A stretch of DNA of 64,000 nt from Hormiphora californensis (GCA_020137815.1 CM035357.1:1612001-1676000); one strand, 5' to 3'; shown: positions 30,801 through 45,800, numbered from the stretch's first letter. Notes: generated by a model not told the origin, from the letters alone. Translations and numbers: made by a program.

Positions 30801-33800
30801 AAATAGTACATTAATACATACATTAATACACCATAATACATACATTAATACCCCAGATCTAGTTATAAATTAACAAGAGATAAAAGTTTATCAGTCAATA
30901 CATTGGTTTCTTACGCATAAACAGAAGAAGAAACCCCCCGTTGCAATCAACACATTGATTTCTTACGCATAAACAGAAGAAGAAACACCCCCGTTAGTCA
31001 ATACATTGATTTCTTACGCATAAACAGAAGAAGAAACACCCCCGTTAGTCAATACATTGATTTCTTACGCATAAACAGAAGAAGAAACACCCCCGTTAGT
31101 CAATACATTGATTTCTTACGCATAAACAGAAGAAGAAACTCCCCCCCCCCCCGTTGCAGTCAATACATTGATTTCTTACGCATAAACAGAAGAGGAAACA
31201 CCCCCGTTAGTCAATACATTGATTTCTTACGCATAAACAGAAGAAGAAACACCCCCGTTAGTCAATACATTGATTTCTTACGCATAAACAGAAGAAGAAA
31301 CACCCCCGTTAGTCAATACATTGATTTCTTACGCATAAACAGAAGAAGAAACTCCCCCCCCCGTTGCAGTCAATACATTGATTTCTTACGCATAAACAGA
31401 AGAAGAAACACCCCCGTTGCAGCCATCTTTTCCAGGGTAATCAACTTCGAAGGTACAATCAAGGTAGAGCTGTTCGGCAAGTTGTAACTTGTTGCCAGTG
31501 GCAACCCTGTATATGAATTCCAGGGGCACGTTCGCTGCAAATGCCCAGCAACTACCACATTTGCCTGAAATTTTGGGGAAATCTCTAATGTCTACTAGGG
31601 GGTTTGTTTCTGGCATTTCAATGGCCGTAGTAACAGCTGCTACAGTTGCCGTAGCAACAGTTGCTAAAACTCTCACCTTGGTTTTTGACGTCTGTCAACA
31701 ATGATCTCCAAGTCCGTGCTGCGGGTGCTCCAAGACCACCTGAACTCAAACCCTGGACAGTTATTTTCCTCATTCCTTGAGTGTTCGCTCTACTGAAATT
31801 CCTCTCTGCCCCAAGAAACATTGACCGCTCATCTTTTGTCATCATTGTGAAGGAATTAACTCCCATTTTATACCCGGAGTTATATTTGTTGTGATCCTTT
31901 ATCATGTTGTAGTTTTTCACAAAGGCCCGCTGTCTTATTGCCGCTTGGATTGGATTAGCCCGTAGTCCAGGTTCCTCGATATCATTGTATGCAGCCAAAT
32001 AAAGGTTGTAAGCCTCACTGACACTGTCAGCATTCTCGATCTGGGCTTTGATGTCCGCGGATTTTGCAGTTGCGGACAGTCGTAAGCCCTCTCCAGGAGA
32101 GAGGAGATTGCAAAGCAAACAAAGCAGTAACATTTTTTACATTAGCAAGCCGAATCTTTGTTTTATATTTTGTAACTCAATTATGGTTGTGGAAATTTTA
32201 TATCGTCCTCTGACTGCTGGACATATATTCTGCATAATTCAAAAGCAAAGAATACCTCAGTGATAGTTCAGAAATGTCCTATTATATAAACATGATACCA
32301 TAAATAATAGGATCGGGTTCTTACTTTGCCAAAGAACTCGCAATTTACTTTTCCAAAGAACTCGCAAAACGGTACTTTCTTCAGACCAATTTCAAGGAAT
32401 TATTGCAAGAAAAAAGTTATCGTGCATGGGAAGAATTTTATACTTCTTACTTAGTGGCGGGCTGAAAAGATATATTAATACATACAATCCACATTTCCGA
32501 GACTGCCCTGCGGCCTGCTATGTGACTACCAAATCAAACGTGGCAATTCCTGAATACTTCATAATATATTTTTACTCATAGTCTAGTTTTGACTACAATT
32601 TCTAACAATCCATCTCATTTCCATCTCAGGAAGCAGAAGAGTGAGGGTTGCATGTCCAATATGTCCAGCCCTGAACCGATAGTCCGACAGAATAGTGACG
32701 GTGCAGGGAGCTCTCCATCTTGCCCATCTACCTCATCATGTGTCTCACCTTCTTTCGTGGGACAGTGGGGGAAGTTCCCCTACAAGATGCGTAAAGAGGT
32801 AATTACAATTTCGATAAATTTAGTTTCTATCCGTTTTGATTGTTGAATGAGTTTAGTTTGTTAATTGATTGTTTTTCAGCCTGGTCTGACATCACTTTGT
32901 GAGGCACTAAGAACGAATGGTGAGATGGCAGCCTACGTCGCTCTATCTATAACTTCCATTGGCCACTCAACTATTGACTTTCAGGTGAGATATGGAGATA
33001 TTATAGTGGGAGAGATATAGTGGGAGAGATATAGTGGGGGGTGAGATAGATAATAGTTGGGTGAGAGAGATTCATAGCATCTTCGAAGTCCGTGACCCAG
33101 TGCAACTCTTATCATGTTTCTAAAAAACTTTAGTAATTGCTTAGATATCTTTATGAATTTATTAAATAGATCTGCCCTCTTACGTCCGTGACTAAGAGGA
33201 GTCGAACTTTTCTAAGATAAAAACAAACAGATATATTTATAAAAAACAACCAAGCTTGATATTTATTGGGGGGTACGTCACCTTTTTTTTTGCCCACTGC
33301 CCACATTATTCTTAAATTTTGAATTTGCCCACATGGGCAAAAGTGGGCAAAAGTAGGCAAAAGTAGGCAAAAAATTTAAATCCATAAAAAATATATGCTA
33401 TCAACCAGGTAATCGTCTGTGACAAAGGTTTTTCACCACCAATGTCCTCCTAGAGGTCCCCCTTATCGATTCCAACCGATAATTTATTTGCTCAGGGTTG
33501 ATAAGGCTCCATATCCAACTGAGAAAATGGGCAAAATATGTTGGCAAAATTAGGAAAATTGGTCATTTTAGGCACGTTTCTCACATGGTTGGAGTGGAAA
33601 ATTTTTCTGGTTTTTCTGGGACCCCATTGGAGTACAATGCAAGTGGAAAACCTTTGTTATGTATCAGTTCCCTAAATAGCCCCAAAATGACGAAAAATCA
33701 CTGGCCTTTGCCTAATTTTGCCAAATTTTTTTGCCCACTTTTGTCCAGTCGGACATGGAGCCTTATCAACCCTAAGTCATAAGTAAGTACATTAATTATC

Positions 33801-36800
33801 GGTTGGAATCGATAGAGGGGACCTCTTGGAAGACATTGGAGGTGAAAAACATTTGTCACAGAGGGTTTTCTGGTAAAGTTTTGATGCTTATAATATTTTT
33901 GCCCACTTTTTGCCCACTTTGCCCACATTATACCTGTTTTTTGAGATTTTGGTTTGCCCATGTGGGCAAATGTGGGCAAAAGTGGGCAAAATAAAAGGTG
34001 ACGTACCCCCCCTATTTATTCTGTATTTAAAACTGTCTATTTTCTATACTGCACCCCGTCCTCCTTTATTTATTCGACTCGCTAGCTAGCGTCACTACCC
34101 CTTCTAGTTAACTATTAATAGCATCACCACCCCTTTTAATCAACTGACAACTCTAAGCTAGCATCACCACCCCTTCTAATCAACTCTATAATAGCTAACA
34201 TCGTACCACTCCTATCTAGGCTGACGGGGTACAACTGCTGATATCACTACAAAAGAACACGCCCTGCCACGCGAGAGCAGCTCTTCAGATCATTGTAAAT
34301 CTTCTAAACACCACTCTCCGCAACAAGTAAGAATAGAAACATGTGTCTAACAGGAACCGACCGAATCAGGAAATAATGGTCCCTGATTGGCTGATAACCA
34401 GTCACGTGACCTAAATAACGTGTTCTGATTGGTTGTTTACTTGTTTCGGTTGGTTCCTGCTGTCTAACCGTGGCACATTGATGGCTAAGGAGTGACCGAT
34501 GAAAACATGAACACAAAAAAGACATGGAATTGGAGTGCTAGAAAATCAAAGATAAATCAACAATGGGTGTGATATATACTAAACTTTCAATGCTTCCACA
34601 GGACCCTCCATTTACTGATAAACCTGCCTGATTTCTGCCCTATCATCTTGTGGCTCGCCAAGGCTGAGTATTCGGGCTTTCAAGTGAATGGGAAAGTTGT
34701 CAAGCCGTTTTCAGGTAATGAAGCTGCCTCCTCGCCTCAATAATTTTGAAGCGGCCTCAATAGTATTGAGTCAATACTGTATAGTATTGAGTCAATACTG
34801 TATGTAACAGTGCTGAGAAATTGAGATGAACCTCAACAAAGTTGCAGTGAGATGAAACTTAAAACTTTAAAACTAAAAGTTTAATTGAAGTATACCAGTC
34901 TAATATGTTATGTATCCCCTCAGGATTTCCTACATCGGAGGAATTTTATCCTCCCGGTAAATCGGGGTTCCGGTAAATCGGGGCCCGGTAAATCGAGGTC
35001 CGACTGTACCAGTCTAATTTGTTATGTATCCCCTCAGGGTTTGTGATAAACAGGATGGTATCAGCCTACCAATCATCCCAAAACGAGGGAGATCTTACTA
35101 TGAAGTTCTGGTTGAAACTATTCTTTTCTGTTGGAAACTTTCAGAGTGAACCAGCTATGGTAAGGGACCCTTTACGTACAGAATGAATCAAGATTCTCCA
35201 AAGAAATAAACTATCCGTATCGAGCCTTTTCTCTATCATCACATTACTGCAAGTTGACTGCGTCGACACCTAAATGCAGCTTGGTGACGCAGTCACTAGC
35301 CGCACTAAAAATCAGCGTGATGCTAGATCTCAAAATCACTCAACAATTTATCTCAACATTGCATTGTATCTCAACAATGTATCACTTAATAACACACAGA
35401 GAATAGAACATCAAACACAACTTCCCAACCAGCTATCAATTCTGGACAAGATGTGCAAGGTTGTGTTTCGGTACCGGGGTGATGAGCGGCATCTGATGGG
35501 AGAAATGAGGAGTTACCTTGGGAAATGCATTGAATCCTGCAAGAAAAACTCAAGTAGGGTAGGTTCTAGAATCTAGAATATAATTCCCCTATCCAGTGTC
35601 CCTTTGAAAAGATTCCTCAACTAATCCTCTATTCTTGTAACTCCAATGACCCATTCCCCTCATTTTCCTCCCTCCTAGTCCACCTGGGTCCACCTCCCCT
35701 CTCCCCTCCTTTCCCTCTCCCCTCCCCTCTCCCCTTCTATTCCCCCTCACATTCCTCCCTCCCTCAGATCATGTCCTTTGTGTCGTGGTTCAGTAATGTT
35801 GGTTCCATAACCTCCCTCCTCCAATCCCTCTCCTCTCCCCTTCCCCTCCCATCTCCCCCTCTCCTCCCCCCTTCCCCTCCCATCTCCCCCTCTCCCCTCT
35901 CCTCTCCCCTCCCCTCTCCCCTTCTATTCCCCCTCACATTCCTCCCTCCCTCAGATCATGTCCTTTGTGTCGTGGTTCAGTAATGTTGGTTCCATAACCT
36001 CCCTCCTCCAATCCCTCTCCTCTCCCCTTCCCCTCCCATCTCCCCCCTCTCCCCTCCTTTCCCTCTCCCCTCCCCTCTCCCCTTCTATTCCCCCTCACAT
36101 TCCTCCCTCCCTCAGATCATGTCCTTTGTGTCGTGGTTCAGTAATGTTGGCTCCATAACCTCCCTCCTCCAATCCCTCTCCTCTCCCCTTCCCCTCCCAT
36201 CTCCCTCCTCTCCCCTCCTTTCCCTCTCCCCTCCCCTCTCCCCTTCTATTCCCCCTCACATTCCTCCCTCCCTCAGATCATGTCCTTTGTGTCGTGGTTC
36301 AGTAATGTTGGTTCCATAACCTCCCTCCTCCAATCACTCTCCTCTCCCCTTCCCCTCCCATCTCCCCCTCTCCCCTCCTTTCCCTCTCCCCTCCCCTCTC
36401 CCCTTCTATTCCCCCTCGCATTCCTCCCTCCCTCAGATCATGTCCTTTGTGTCGTGGTTCAGTAATGTTGGTTCCATAACCTCCCTCCTCCAATCCCTCT
36501 CCTCCCCTGGCACTGAGTTCTTCTGGTGGAGTTACTACGTCACCAAGATGGAATGTGCCCCCCAGATCACAACGGGGTTCTTTCAGGAGCTCACCGAGGT
36601 GGGTTTCACCCCTGTTATTATATTGCACCCCTATTATCATTGCATATATAATGAGCTATTATAACGCGGAGGGGTGGGTTGTGTGACAGTGTCTTAGACA
36701 CATGTTTCACATGTCAACATGGTGTTTTACGGAAAAATATTAACATTTTAGCTGAGGTCACTGAAACTGCTAGAATTTTGTGATGTCCATGCTACGTGGA

Positions 36801-39800
36801 CACACAACTCACATTATATGTCTGTGTGTTTGTTTGTCCTCTGCTTGTCACATCACTCTACTTCACATCTCTTGACAAGGGCACAGCTCAGTAAGCATAT
36901 AGTCTACTGCTCGCAGCGCATGTATTTAGTGCTACGTAGATTGTAGCACAGTGTTTTTTACAAAATATCAAATATGATTAACAGACGTAATATATATTTG
37001 AAACGCTTTATTTACTCCATCATGACTAGATAGTAAATAGTGAGTACTGGCCTAGGCAACTCAGTATTAGATCACTGGTCAGTACTACTGACCAGACTAG
37101 TGATCTAATACTGAGTTGCCTAGCTAGACTCTGTTTCGCGCCCCGTTAGAACATAACAAATACTGGGCAATTTTGCATTTGCGGGCATCGCACTATAGAC
37201 GCAGTACCCACGTACTATAGACGCATTATAGACGCATTATAGACGCATTATAGACGCAGTATAGACACACGCAATATAGACGGACTTTCGTAAGCAGCAG
37301 TATAGACGCAGTATAGGCGCATTATAACAGCAATATAAACGCATTTTTATAGACGCGACGCAGTATAGCCGCATTATAGGCGCACTACCCACCCCAAAAT
37401 TACCTTATAGACGCACTATAGACGCATTATAGACTGACTATAGCAGCACCATAAACGCTACATAGACGCATATAGACGCGTTATAGAAGCATTATAGACG
37501 CAAATCACTTTTTATAGACGCCGCGTCTATAAAAAACGTGCTTTTTTAAGAAGCACTATAGACGTACTCCAGGCTACAGTGCGATATTTGAGGCGCAGTT
37601 GGGCGTTTTATAAACGCATTTTTGTCGCATATAAAAGGAAGCAGTATAGACGCATTATAGACGCAGTATAGCCGCATGTGTGCGAAATCGATAAAGACGC
37701 AATATAGACGCAAAATAAGAAGGAGAGGGAGAGGGAAGGAGGAGAGCGAAGGAGAGGGAAAGGGGAGGGAGGGATACAGGGACAGAGACAGACGGATAAA
37801 GACCTGAGACAGACGGACAGAGTTTAAGATGGAGAGAGAGAGAGTAAGATGGAGAGAGAGTGAGATAGAAAAAGACAGAGATGGAAACAAACGGACAGAG
37901 ACAGACGGACGGACGGATCTCCCTCTCTCTCCATCTTAATCTCTCTCCATCTTAATCTCTCCGTCTGTCTCAGATCTTTGTGCATCTGTCTCTGTCTGAT
38001 CTGTCTCTGTCTCCCTCCCTCTCTCCCTCTTTCCCTCTCCTTCCTTCTCCCTCCCTCCCTCCCTCTCTCCATCTGTCTCTATCTGATCTGGTTCTGTATC
38101 CCTCCCTCTTTCCCTCTCCTTCCCTCCCTCCCTCTCTCTCTCCCTGATCTCCTTCTTATTTTGCGTCTATATTGCGTCTTTATCGATTTCGCACACATGC
38201 GGCTATACTGCGTCTATAATGCGTCTATACTGCTTCCTTTTATATGCGACAAAAATGCGTTTATAGTTCGCCCAACTGCGCCTCAAATATCGCAGCGTGC
38301 GTCTGAGTACGTCTATAGTGCTTCTTAAAAAAGCACGTTTTTTATAGACGCAGCGTCTATAAAAAGTGATTTGCGTCTATAATGCTTCTATAATGCTTCT
38401 ATATGCGTCTATGTAGCGTTTATGGTGCTGCTATAGTCAGTCTATAATGTGTCTATAGTGCGTCTATAAGGTGAATTTGGGGTGGGTACTGCGCCTATAA
38501 TGCGGCTATACTGCGTCGCGTCTATAAAAATGCGTTTATATTGCTGTTATAATGCGCCTATACTGCGTCTATACTGCTGCTTACGAAAGTCCGTCTATAT
38601 TGCGTGTGTCTATACTGCGTTTATAATGCGTCTATAATGCGTCTATAATGCGTCTATAGTACGTGGGTACTGCGTCTATATAGTGCGATGCCCGCAAATG
38701 CAAAATTGCCCAAATACTGAGCTGTATGATGATAGAATACCGTATCAACACATCTGTGATGGGCTGCATCTGAATTCGGATCCAGCCCTCTCCTATCGGT
38801 GGATGCCCATAGTACAAATCATTTCACCTTTATTATATTCTCCCTACAGGTCCTGTTCACCAACCCTGACATGACGATTGATGTTGCCTTTCGAAAGGCT
38901 GTCCTGAAAGCTGGTGCTGGGGAAGGAGGAGAGGAGTTGGAAGGTCTTACAATTTCTTCCATTGCCATTTATAGGTTCGTGCAGGGGTTTGTTTGTGTTT
39001 TAAAGATTTCTGTTAAATTTGCAAATAACCAATCACCGCGGTTACATAATTCCAGTGTCTAGTTAAAGTGAAAAAAGTCCGATCTGTTTGTGCAATGTGA
39101 ACTGCAGTCGTGTGTCATATTAACAGGAACCGACCGAATCAGGAAATACTTGGTGATGACATCCCGGCTTCGTTTGCCGCGCTTCGCGCGGCCCTAGTGT
39201 AGGGGGGACCGCGTCACCAAGGAAATACTGGTCCCTGATTGGCTGATAACCAGTCACGTGACCTAAATAACGAGTTCTGATTGGTTGTTTACTTGTTTCG
39301 GTCGGTTCCTGCTTATTAATCCGTTAATTCCTCTCACTCAGGTGGGCGACCCTACTACACCAAGTACCCATGGACCACCCCTTGTTACCCTTTGCCTGGA
39401 GAGAGTTCTTCTGTCTCTACTTCAACAGGATAGCCCCCGAGTCGTCTGGTGTTGGCCATCGATATTTCCAGGTCGGTAGATTGAAATATATGGGAGATAT
39501 ATAATTTTGGTGTTTATGGGTGACTAAGTTTAGAGAAAATGTGGGGTAGTTGAGCATTGGGATCGTAAATTGTGCGAACTTATAATTAAGGGCTCATTGA
39601 ACGAATTTGGAAAAACTTAAGATCGAGGTCAGATTCGGTAGTTGGCATTTCGCCACTTCCCGCCAAGTTCACCCAAAGATAGTTCTGAGCCAGAGCTAGA
39701 GCTTCATTGTATTTCTAACCATCCTTGTGAATGAATTTTAACCTTTTTCCTAGAAACGATCTAGGATCACTCTCCGTTCTCTCTTTCCGAGAAATGGCTC

Positions 39801-42800
39801 ATCCAAGATATCACATATTCCGTTCCTAGTAGTTGCTCACAGTGTGTACATGTTGTTTCAGGGCATGTTTCAAGTGAGAGAGATCCGGGCTATCAAACAG
39901 CGTCTTGTGGAAGCATCCAAGAACTTTGAACTCGGTAGGGGGACTATATTTCCTAGTTGTTAAACAGGAACCGACCGAATCAGGAAATACTGGTCCCTGA
40001 TTGGCTGATAACCAGTCACGTGACCTAAATAATGAGTTCTGATTGGTTGTTTACTTGTTTCGGTCGGTTCCTAGTTGTTAAATATATTCCCAGGAACTCC
40101 TGGTCGACATATCATCTCTCTGTTCTATCACATTTTATCATGCACAGTTAGAGGCCACCCAGCTCTAGGTATTCCCAGAAAGATAAAATGCGATTTTTCC
40201 ATTCTCTTCCCTGAATCCCATTGTATTTTTCCCAGAAGAAGAGACAGAAGAAGAGATCACAGAGGCTGTATTATTCCGGACGAAGCTCTCCCACTTTTTC
40301 CTATCCTTGTCACTTTGGACGGATGAGACACGGCTCCAGGAGGCGAATCTCTTCCTCCCTGGGCTACCAGCCCAGTACTGCAGTGATAAACTAGAAGAAA
40401 TATTCAGGGTATGAAAATGTACTGCTCTTATCTTGTCTAGCTGCTTTTTAACTGTGTTTGAGTTGTGTGTCGCTACTCGTTGTACCTGGTAGAATTTGTG
40501 TTATTGCCAGAAAACTGTTTGTTATTGATGGGAAATTTGAATTATATTTAGTTCATAAGAACTGATGAGCAGTAAAGGACCCCATTGGTACAATGTTGTT
40601 TACCATTGTTCATTGTTGTTGTTGTAAGCTGCTACACTGCTGCACTACCGTCCTGTGATGTACTAAACACTGCACTACCGCACTGTCCTAAATAGTAAAT
40701 ACTGCACTGACGAAAGGGGCGTCCTGTAAACTGTCTGAAGATCATAGTGCATTGTATCCAAAATCAGCTGATTTTAATCAGTCTTAGGAATACAATAGCC
40801 TCAACTGCCAAAAACAAATCTTTGATAGCGTAAACAGGTTTTTGTGATAAGCAATCACCATGTTATTATAACTTTAGATACCAGATTAAAACATCAGTTT
40901 CATGTTTCCATCTTAAATGCTTCTTCTTAGTATTGCCATGCTTGTTCTGTATCCATTTTTGTACAATTCCCTTATTTCCAAGTTGCTTCCATCCTGATCC
41001 TCTAACTAACCCCTCCTCTCTGTGTTAGAACGAGAGTTGTCCCTGGTACGATATGGTTGATATATGCCAGCTGGACCTGGACATCCACAATGATATTGAT
41101 GAATGGGGCAGGTAGGTTTAGATCATTTATTTCAGGAACCGACCGAAACAAGTAAACAACCAATCAGAACTCGTTATTTAGGTCACGTGACTGGTTAGAT
41201 CAACCAATCAGGGACCAGTATTTCCTGATTCGGTCGGTTTCTTTATTTAGTACCACCCTGGCTACGCCACTGATCCCTCCATTTTCTAGTTTGAAAGACA
41301 CTGATCCCTGATTGGCTGATAACCAGTCACGTGACCTAAATAACGAGTTCTGATTGGTTGTTTACTTATTCCGGGCGGTTCTTGCAAAACATCCCTCCAT
41401 TTTCTAGTTTGAAAGAGACACTGATCTCTGATTTTGAGTCGCTTGACACTGTTTCCTTGCTCCGGAAAGTATGAACAATTCAAAGTATGAACAATTCAAC
41501 TCTGATTCAGGTATAGCGGCCGAAGGTACACGCCAAGATTCCCTAGTAAGAGGGAGGAAACGTCTCAATCCCTAGTTGAGCTTCTCTACACATACGTGAG
41601 GTATAATTAGGAAACAAACAGCGATCACGTGACATACCTTATATGGTGTTAATATATCACGTGACATACCTTATATGGTGTTAATATATCACGTGACATA
41701 CCATCACGTGATTCAATTACACATGTGTATCGACCCAGTTTCCTCTTCCCTGTTTTAGGGACTTACTCAACAGCCAGGTTTAAGAGGTCCACGCATTTTC
41801 TTGTACTATCGAGTTATATGTAACAGCTGTCAATCCAGTATTATATTCTCCAGTAACACTCCCTAATTCTTGTTACTTAACATTTCCTTCTTGTTCCCTC
41901 TCCTCAGTCCCCAGTAACACCCCCTATTTTTTATTTTGTTTATCTCTCTAGTAACACCTCTTGTTCCCTCAGTAAGAATATGGTTGAAGCAGCCCCTCCC
42001 CCGGAACTCATTATCCCCCAGTCCCCAGTAACACCCCCCTGTAACACCCCCTATTTTGTATTTTGTGTATCTCTCCAGCTACCAGTAACACCTCTTGTTC
42101 CCTCAGTAAGAATATGGTTGAAGCGGCCCCTCCCCCGGAACTCATTATCCCCCAGTCCCCAGTAACACCCCCCTGTAACACCCCCTGTAACACCCCCTCT
42201 CCTCAGTAAGAACATGGTTGAAGCAGCCCCTCCTCCGGAACTCATTATCCCCCAGTCCCAGATACCCTCTCCCCTGTAACACCCCCCTGTAACACCCCCT
42301 GTAACACCCCCTGTAACACGTCTTGATCCCTCAGTAAGAACATGGTCGAAGCAGCCCCTCCCCCGGAACTCATTATCCCCCAGTCCCAGATACCAGAGCT
42401 CCCTGAACTATCGGGTGATCCTACTGATCTCCTCAGTACCGTCGGTAAGAAGAGAGAGGGAGAAGGAGCTTGGTTAACAATTTACTAACGAGTGGTTAGC
42501 CAGATAATATTTGGTTAAGAGTAGGTTAACATAATATTAAGAGCAGGTTTTAACAGCTCCCTAATATATAATATATAGGGGTTAACAGCTCACTAATATA
42601 TAGGTTTTAACAGCTCCCTAACTCCCCTGCTGCAGGCCCTTACTTTGGTAAGCTAAGATCGCATGCTGAGAAGTTTGTAGAGCTGACGCAGCGGCTCCAG
42701 GCCCTTGACTCAGCGTATCTGGAGGACGTACCCAACATGTTTAGTAACAAGATCATACCTAAGGTAACTAGGATAACTAGGGTAACCAGGGTAACCAGTA

Positions 42801-45800
42801 ATGTGAAGCATGTAGATCTATATCTGCAGATAACGTGAAACATGCAGATATAGTGTTATTATATTGCTCCATTTATAGAGACCTATTGACCACTGTACTA
42901 TTGCATCCAATCGGGATCCAATCCTATCAATTCAAATCAATGACACAGATTTAACAATCCAAACTGTATAGTTAGTGATTTCTTTCTTGACGTTCTTGAC
43001 AACCCCCTTGACAACTTGGTTACGAAGTTACCCCTTGCCAGCGCGCGCAAAGGTCGCCCGGCGACCTGAGGGGTTGTTTCGTAACCCCCTTGACAACCCC
43101 CTCCTTATATGGCAGCTATTCTGACACACATTACCCCCTCATATTAGACAGAGCTGGTACCTTGTTACAGTCGGATAGGAACAATGGGAAGGTGTAGTGG
43201 TGCCGCAATGATCACAATACACACTACTCAGTTTGTGGAGAATGTCGCTGTACACGAAGGTAGGTGAAACATGATAAGAGAGGGGGATTGGGAGTTAAGT
43301 GACTTAGTGGGGTAGGTAAAACATGATAAGAGAGCCCGGGGATTGGGAGTAGGGGGTAGGTAAAACATGTGACACACTAATTTCAGCTGACAAAATATAT
43401 GACGTCTCGGCCAATGTGCTTTATATATAATCATCCAGCTAGGACGTAGCTCCGGGAGATCTCCCAGAAGTACAAGGGAGCTGTCGATCAGTTATTAACA
43501 TTTGACTATGTATTATCAGGTATTACGGAGAACAGGAAACAATACGAGGAAGCATTGTCTCTCTGTCGTCTGGATCTTGATAGTGATGTTTGCACCACTG
43601 CCATGTACCTCCAAAACGTACGTGATAATCACTCCGAGCTAACTCCGTACTTGTTCTATAGAGGGCGCCAAAAACCGATAGTGCTCGATCAATGAGTGAG
43701 AGCTGGTTCAAAACAATTGTTTTTACTTGCCTTGTTCGATCCTAGTCCCTCCCCGCGCCCCGGGTCTGACAAAACAACTTCGTACCTACAGTTAACCTAT
43801 GGGTCTTAAACATGATATAATGCTTGGTTCGCCCGAACTTTAAACTTTTAATTAAACTGTGTTATATAAAACTAATTTATAATAATTTCCTACCAGATTG
43901 TATCAGAGTTGTACCACGCATCGCAAAGTTATTCGGATATGGGACGGAAGTTATTTTACCACATTATCGATCATCTCACCACCGCAGTATGGCAGTACTC
44001 CCCCTCACAACAGATCTTCGCCTTCAGCATCGACTACCTCGGACAATCGTTTATCAGGTAAAACAAATGAGGTAAAACAGATGAGGTTAAACAAGTGAGG
44101 TAAAACAATTGAGGTTAAACAAGTGAGGTAAAACAAGTGAGGTAAAACAGATGAGGTACTAGCAAACATGTACGTTATATATATACGAAGTTGGTTTTGA
44201 AAACAGTACAATTCACCCGCTCAGTGAGTTCCAACCTCTAGTACAGGGTTTATTGTGTTAGGGTTTAGAATCCTTGTTTTCACTCCTCCATCTTCACGCG
44301 GATACATTAGTTGAGTGCGTGGTATATATTCTTGTGTTATGTATACCGAAACTAATTTGTAAATCTTGTAAATCTTCCCAGAAACAACTGTGATGAAACG
44401 CTGCCCCTTCTCAACTGTATCCTCTCCAAGGCTGACTTTGCCACCGTCCTCGCTCCACTCTTCCAACCGAATCAGGGCTATGAGCACTTCGTAACCGTCT
44501 ACTCCTACGTCATCACCTCCCTCCCTCGCTGTGATGCAAGTATCGGATTTGCCGTTCTGTCCAAGTTTGACTTCCGAAGCTGGTTGGCTACACCCCACTC
44601 CACGGTTCCGAGGTGTAAGGAGATGCTGGATGCCATATTCTCTGGATTCTGTGCTTACCCGGTGGAGGAGGAGGATAATAACAGTGTCATGATGTTATAT
44701 GATGCACTCAAGTTACATCTCAGGTTGGTTCATATGTATAGTGGGCAGGAACCGACCGAATCAAGAAATACTGGTCCCTGATTGGCTGATAACCAGTCAC
44801 GTGACCTAAATAACGAGTTCTGATTGGTTGTTTACTTGTTTCTGTCGGTTTCTGTATAGTGGGGTTGGGAGGTGATCGGGAGGGGTTTATGGGTTGCTGA
44901 AGAACTGATGATGAGAGCTCAAGAACTTAACCCGAACCACAGCTTCAATCGATAATTTTTCCACCACCAACTTTTTTCCTGTTTCCACTACCATGATCTG
45001 TTTCCCCGCCAGGCAAGTTCTGCTGAACAGATTGTGCCCACTACTGCAGTACACAATAGAAAAGGCTCTGGCCCTGTCCCTCAAGAATGGCAAACAAAAA
45101 GCAGTTTGGAAAGTTATATCAGGTAAGAGCCGTAATTTGAATCGAATAGCCAAACCTAGACTGGCCGAGAAAAAAGTATTTCTTAGGTTTGGCCTTTGCT
45201 CTTAGAGCAGTTTAGTAGACTATTAAACTGCGTCTATTTTATCAGAAGTATTAGCGACGGACCATGCCCAGGAGATGCTTACCCTCAACACATGCCACAA
45301 AACTCTGTACGAACTTTCAAAATACTTCCTTCAGGTAAGGTTCACATAATTATCAAGGTTGCTATGGCAACAAAAATTCATATGTTCATAGTTTTTCATC
45401 GCAACCAAAAAGGGGTGAAAAGTGCATCAAATTCACACACCAGGAACCGACCGAATCAGGAAATACTGGTCCCTGATTGGCTGATAACCAGTCACGTGAC
45501 CTAAATAACGTGTTCTGATTGGTTGTTTACTTGTTTCTCCCACAGTTCAAGAAAGCGATCCTGGACACGGCTACCCCTGATCTCTACTCTCACTGGTCGC
45601 ACTACACCTTGGAATTTGTGGATCTCTTTTACTCGCTCTGTAAAACTTATATCACAAAGGCGGCCATTCTTGGTGAGTTTTAACCAAGTGGTTACCAAGT
45701 GGTTACTAAGGGGTTACTAAGGGGTTACTAAGGGGTTACTAAGGGGTTACCAAGTGGTTACTCGCTCTGTAAAACCTATATCATAAAGGCGGCCATTCTT

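Noticed and set aside
30893-31420. CRISPR-like appearance of regular arrays (also 49170-50530)
   Set aside because: No unique spacers and no cas genes; units are copies of eukaryotic splice junctions.
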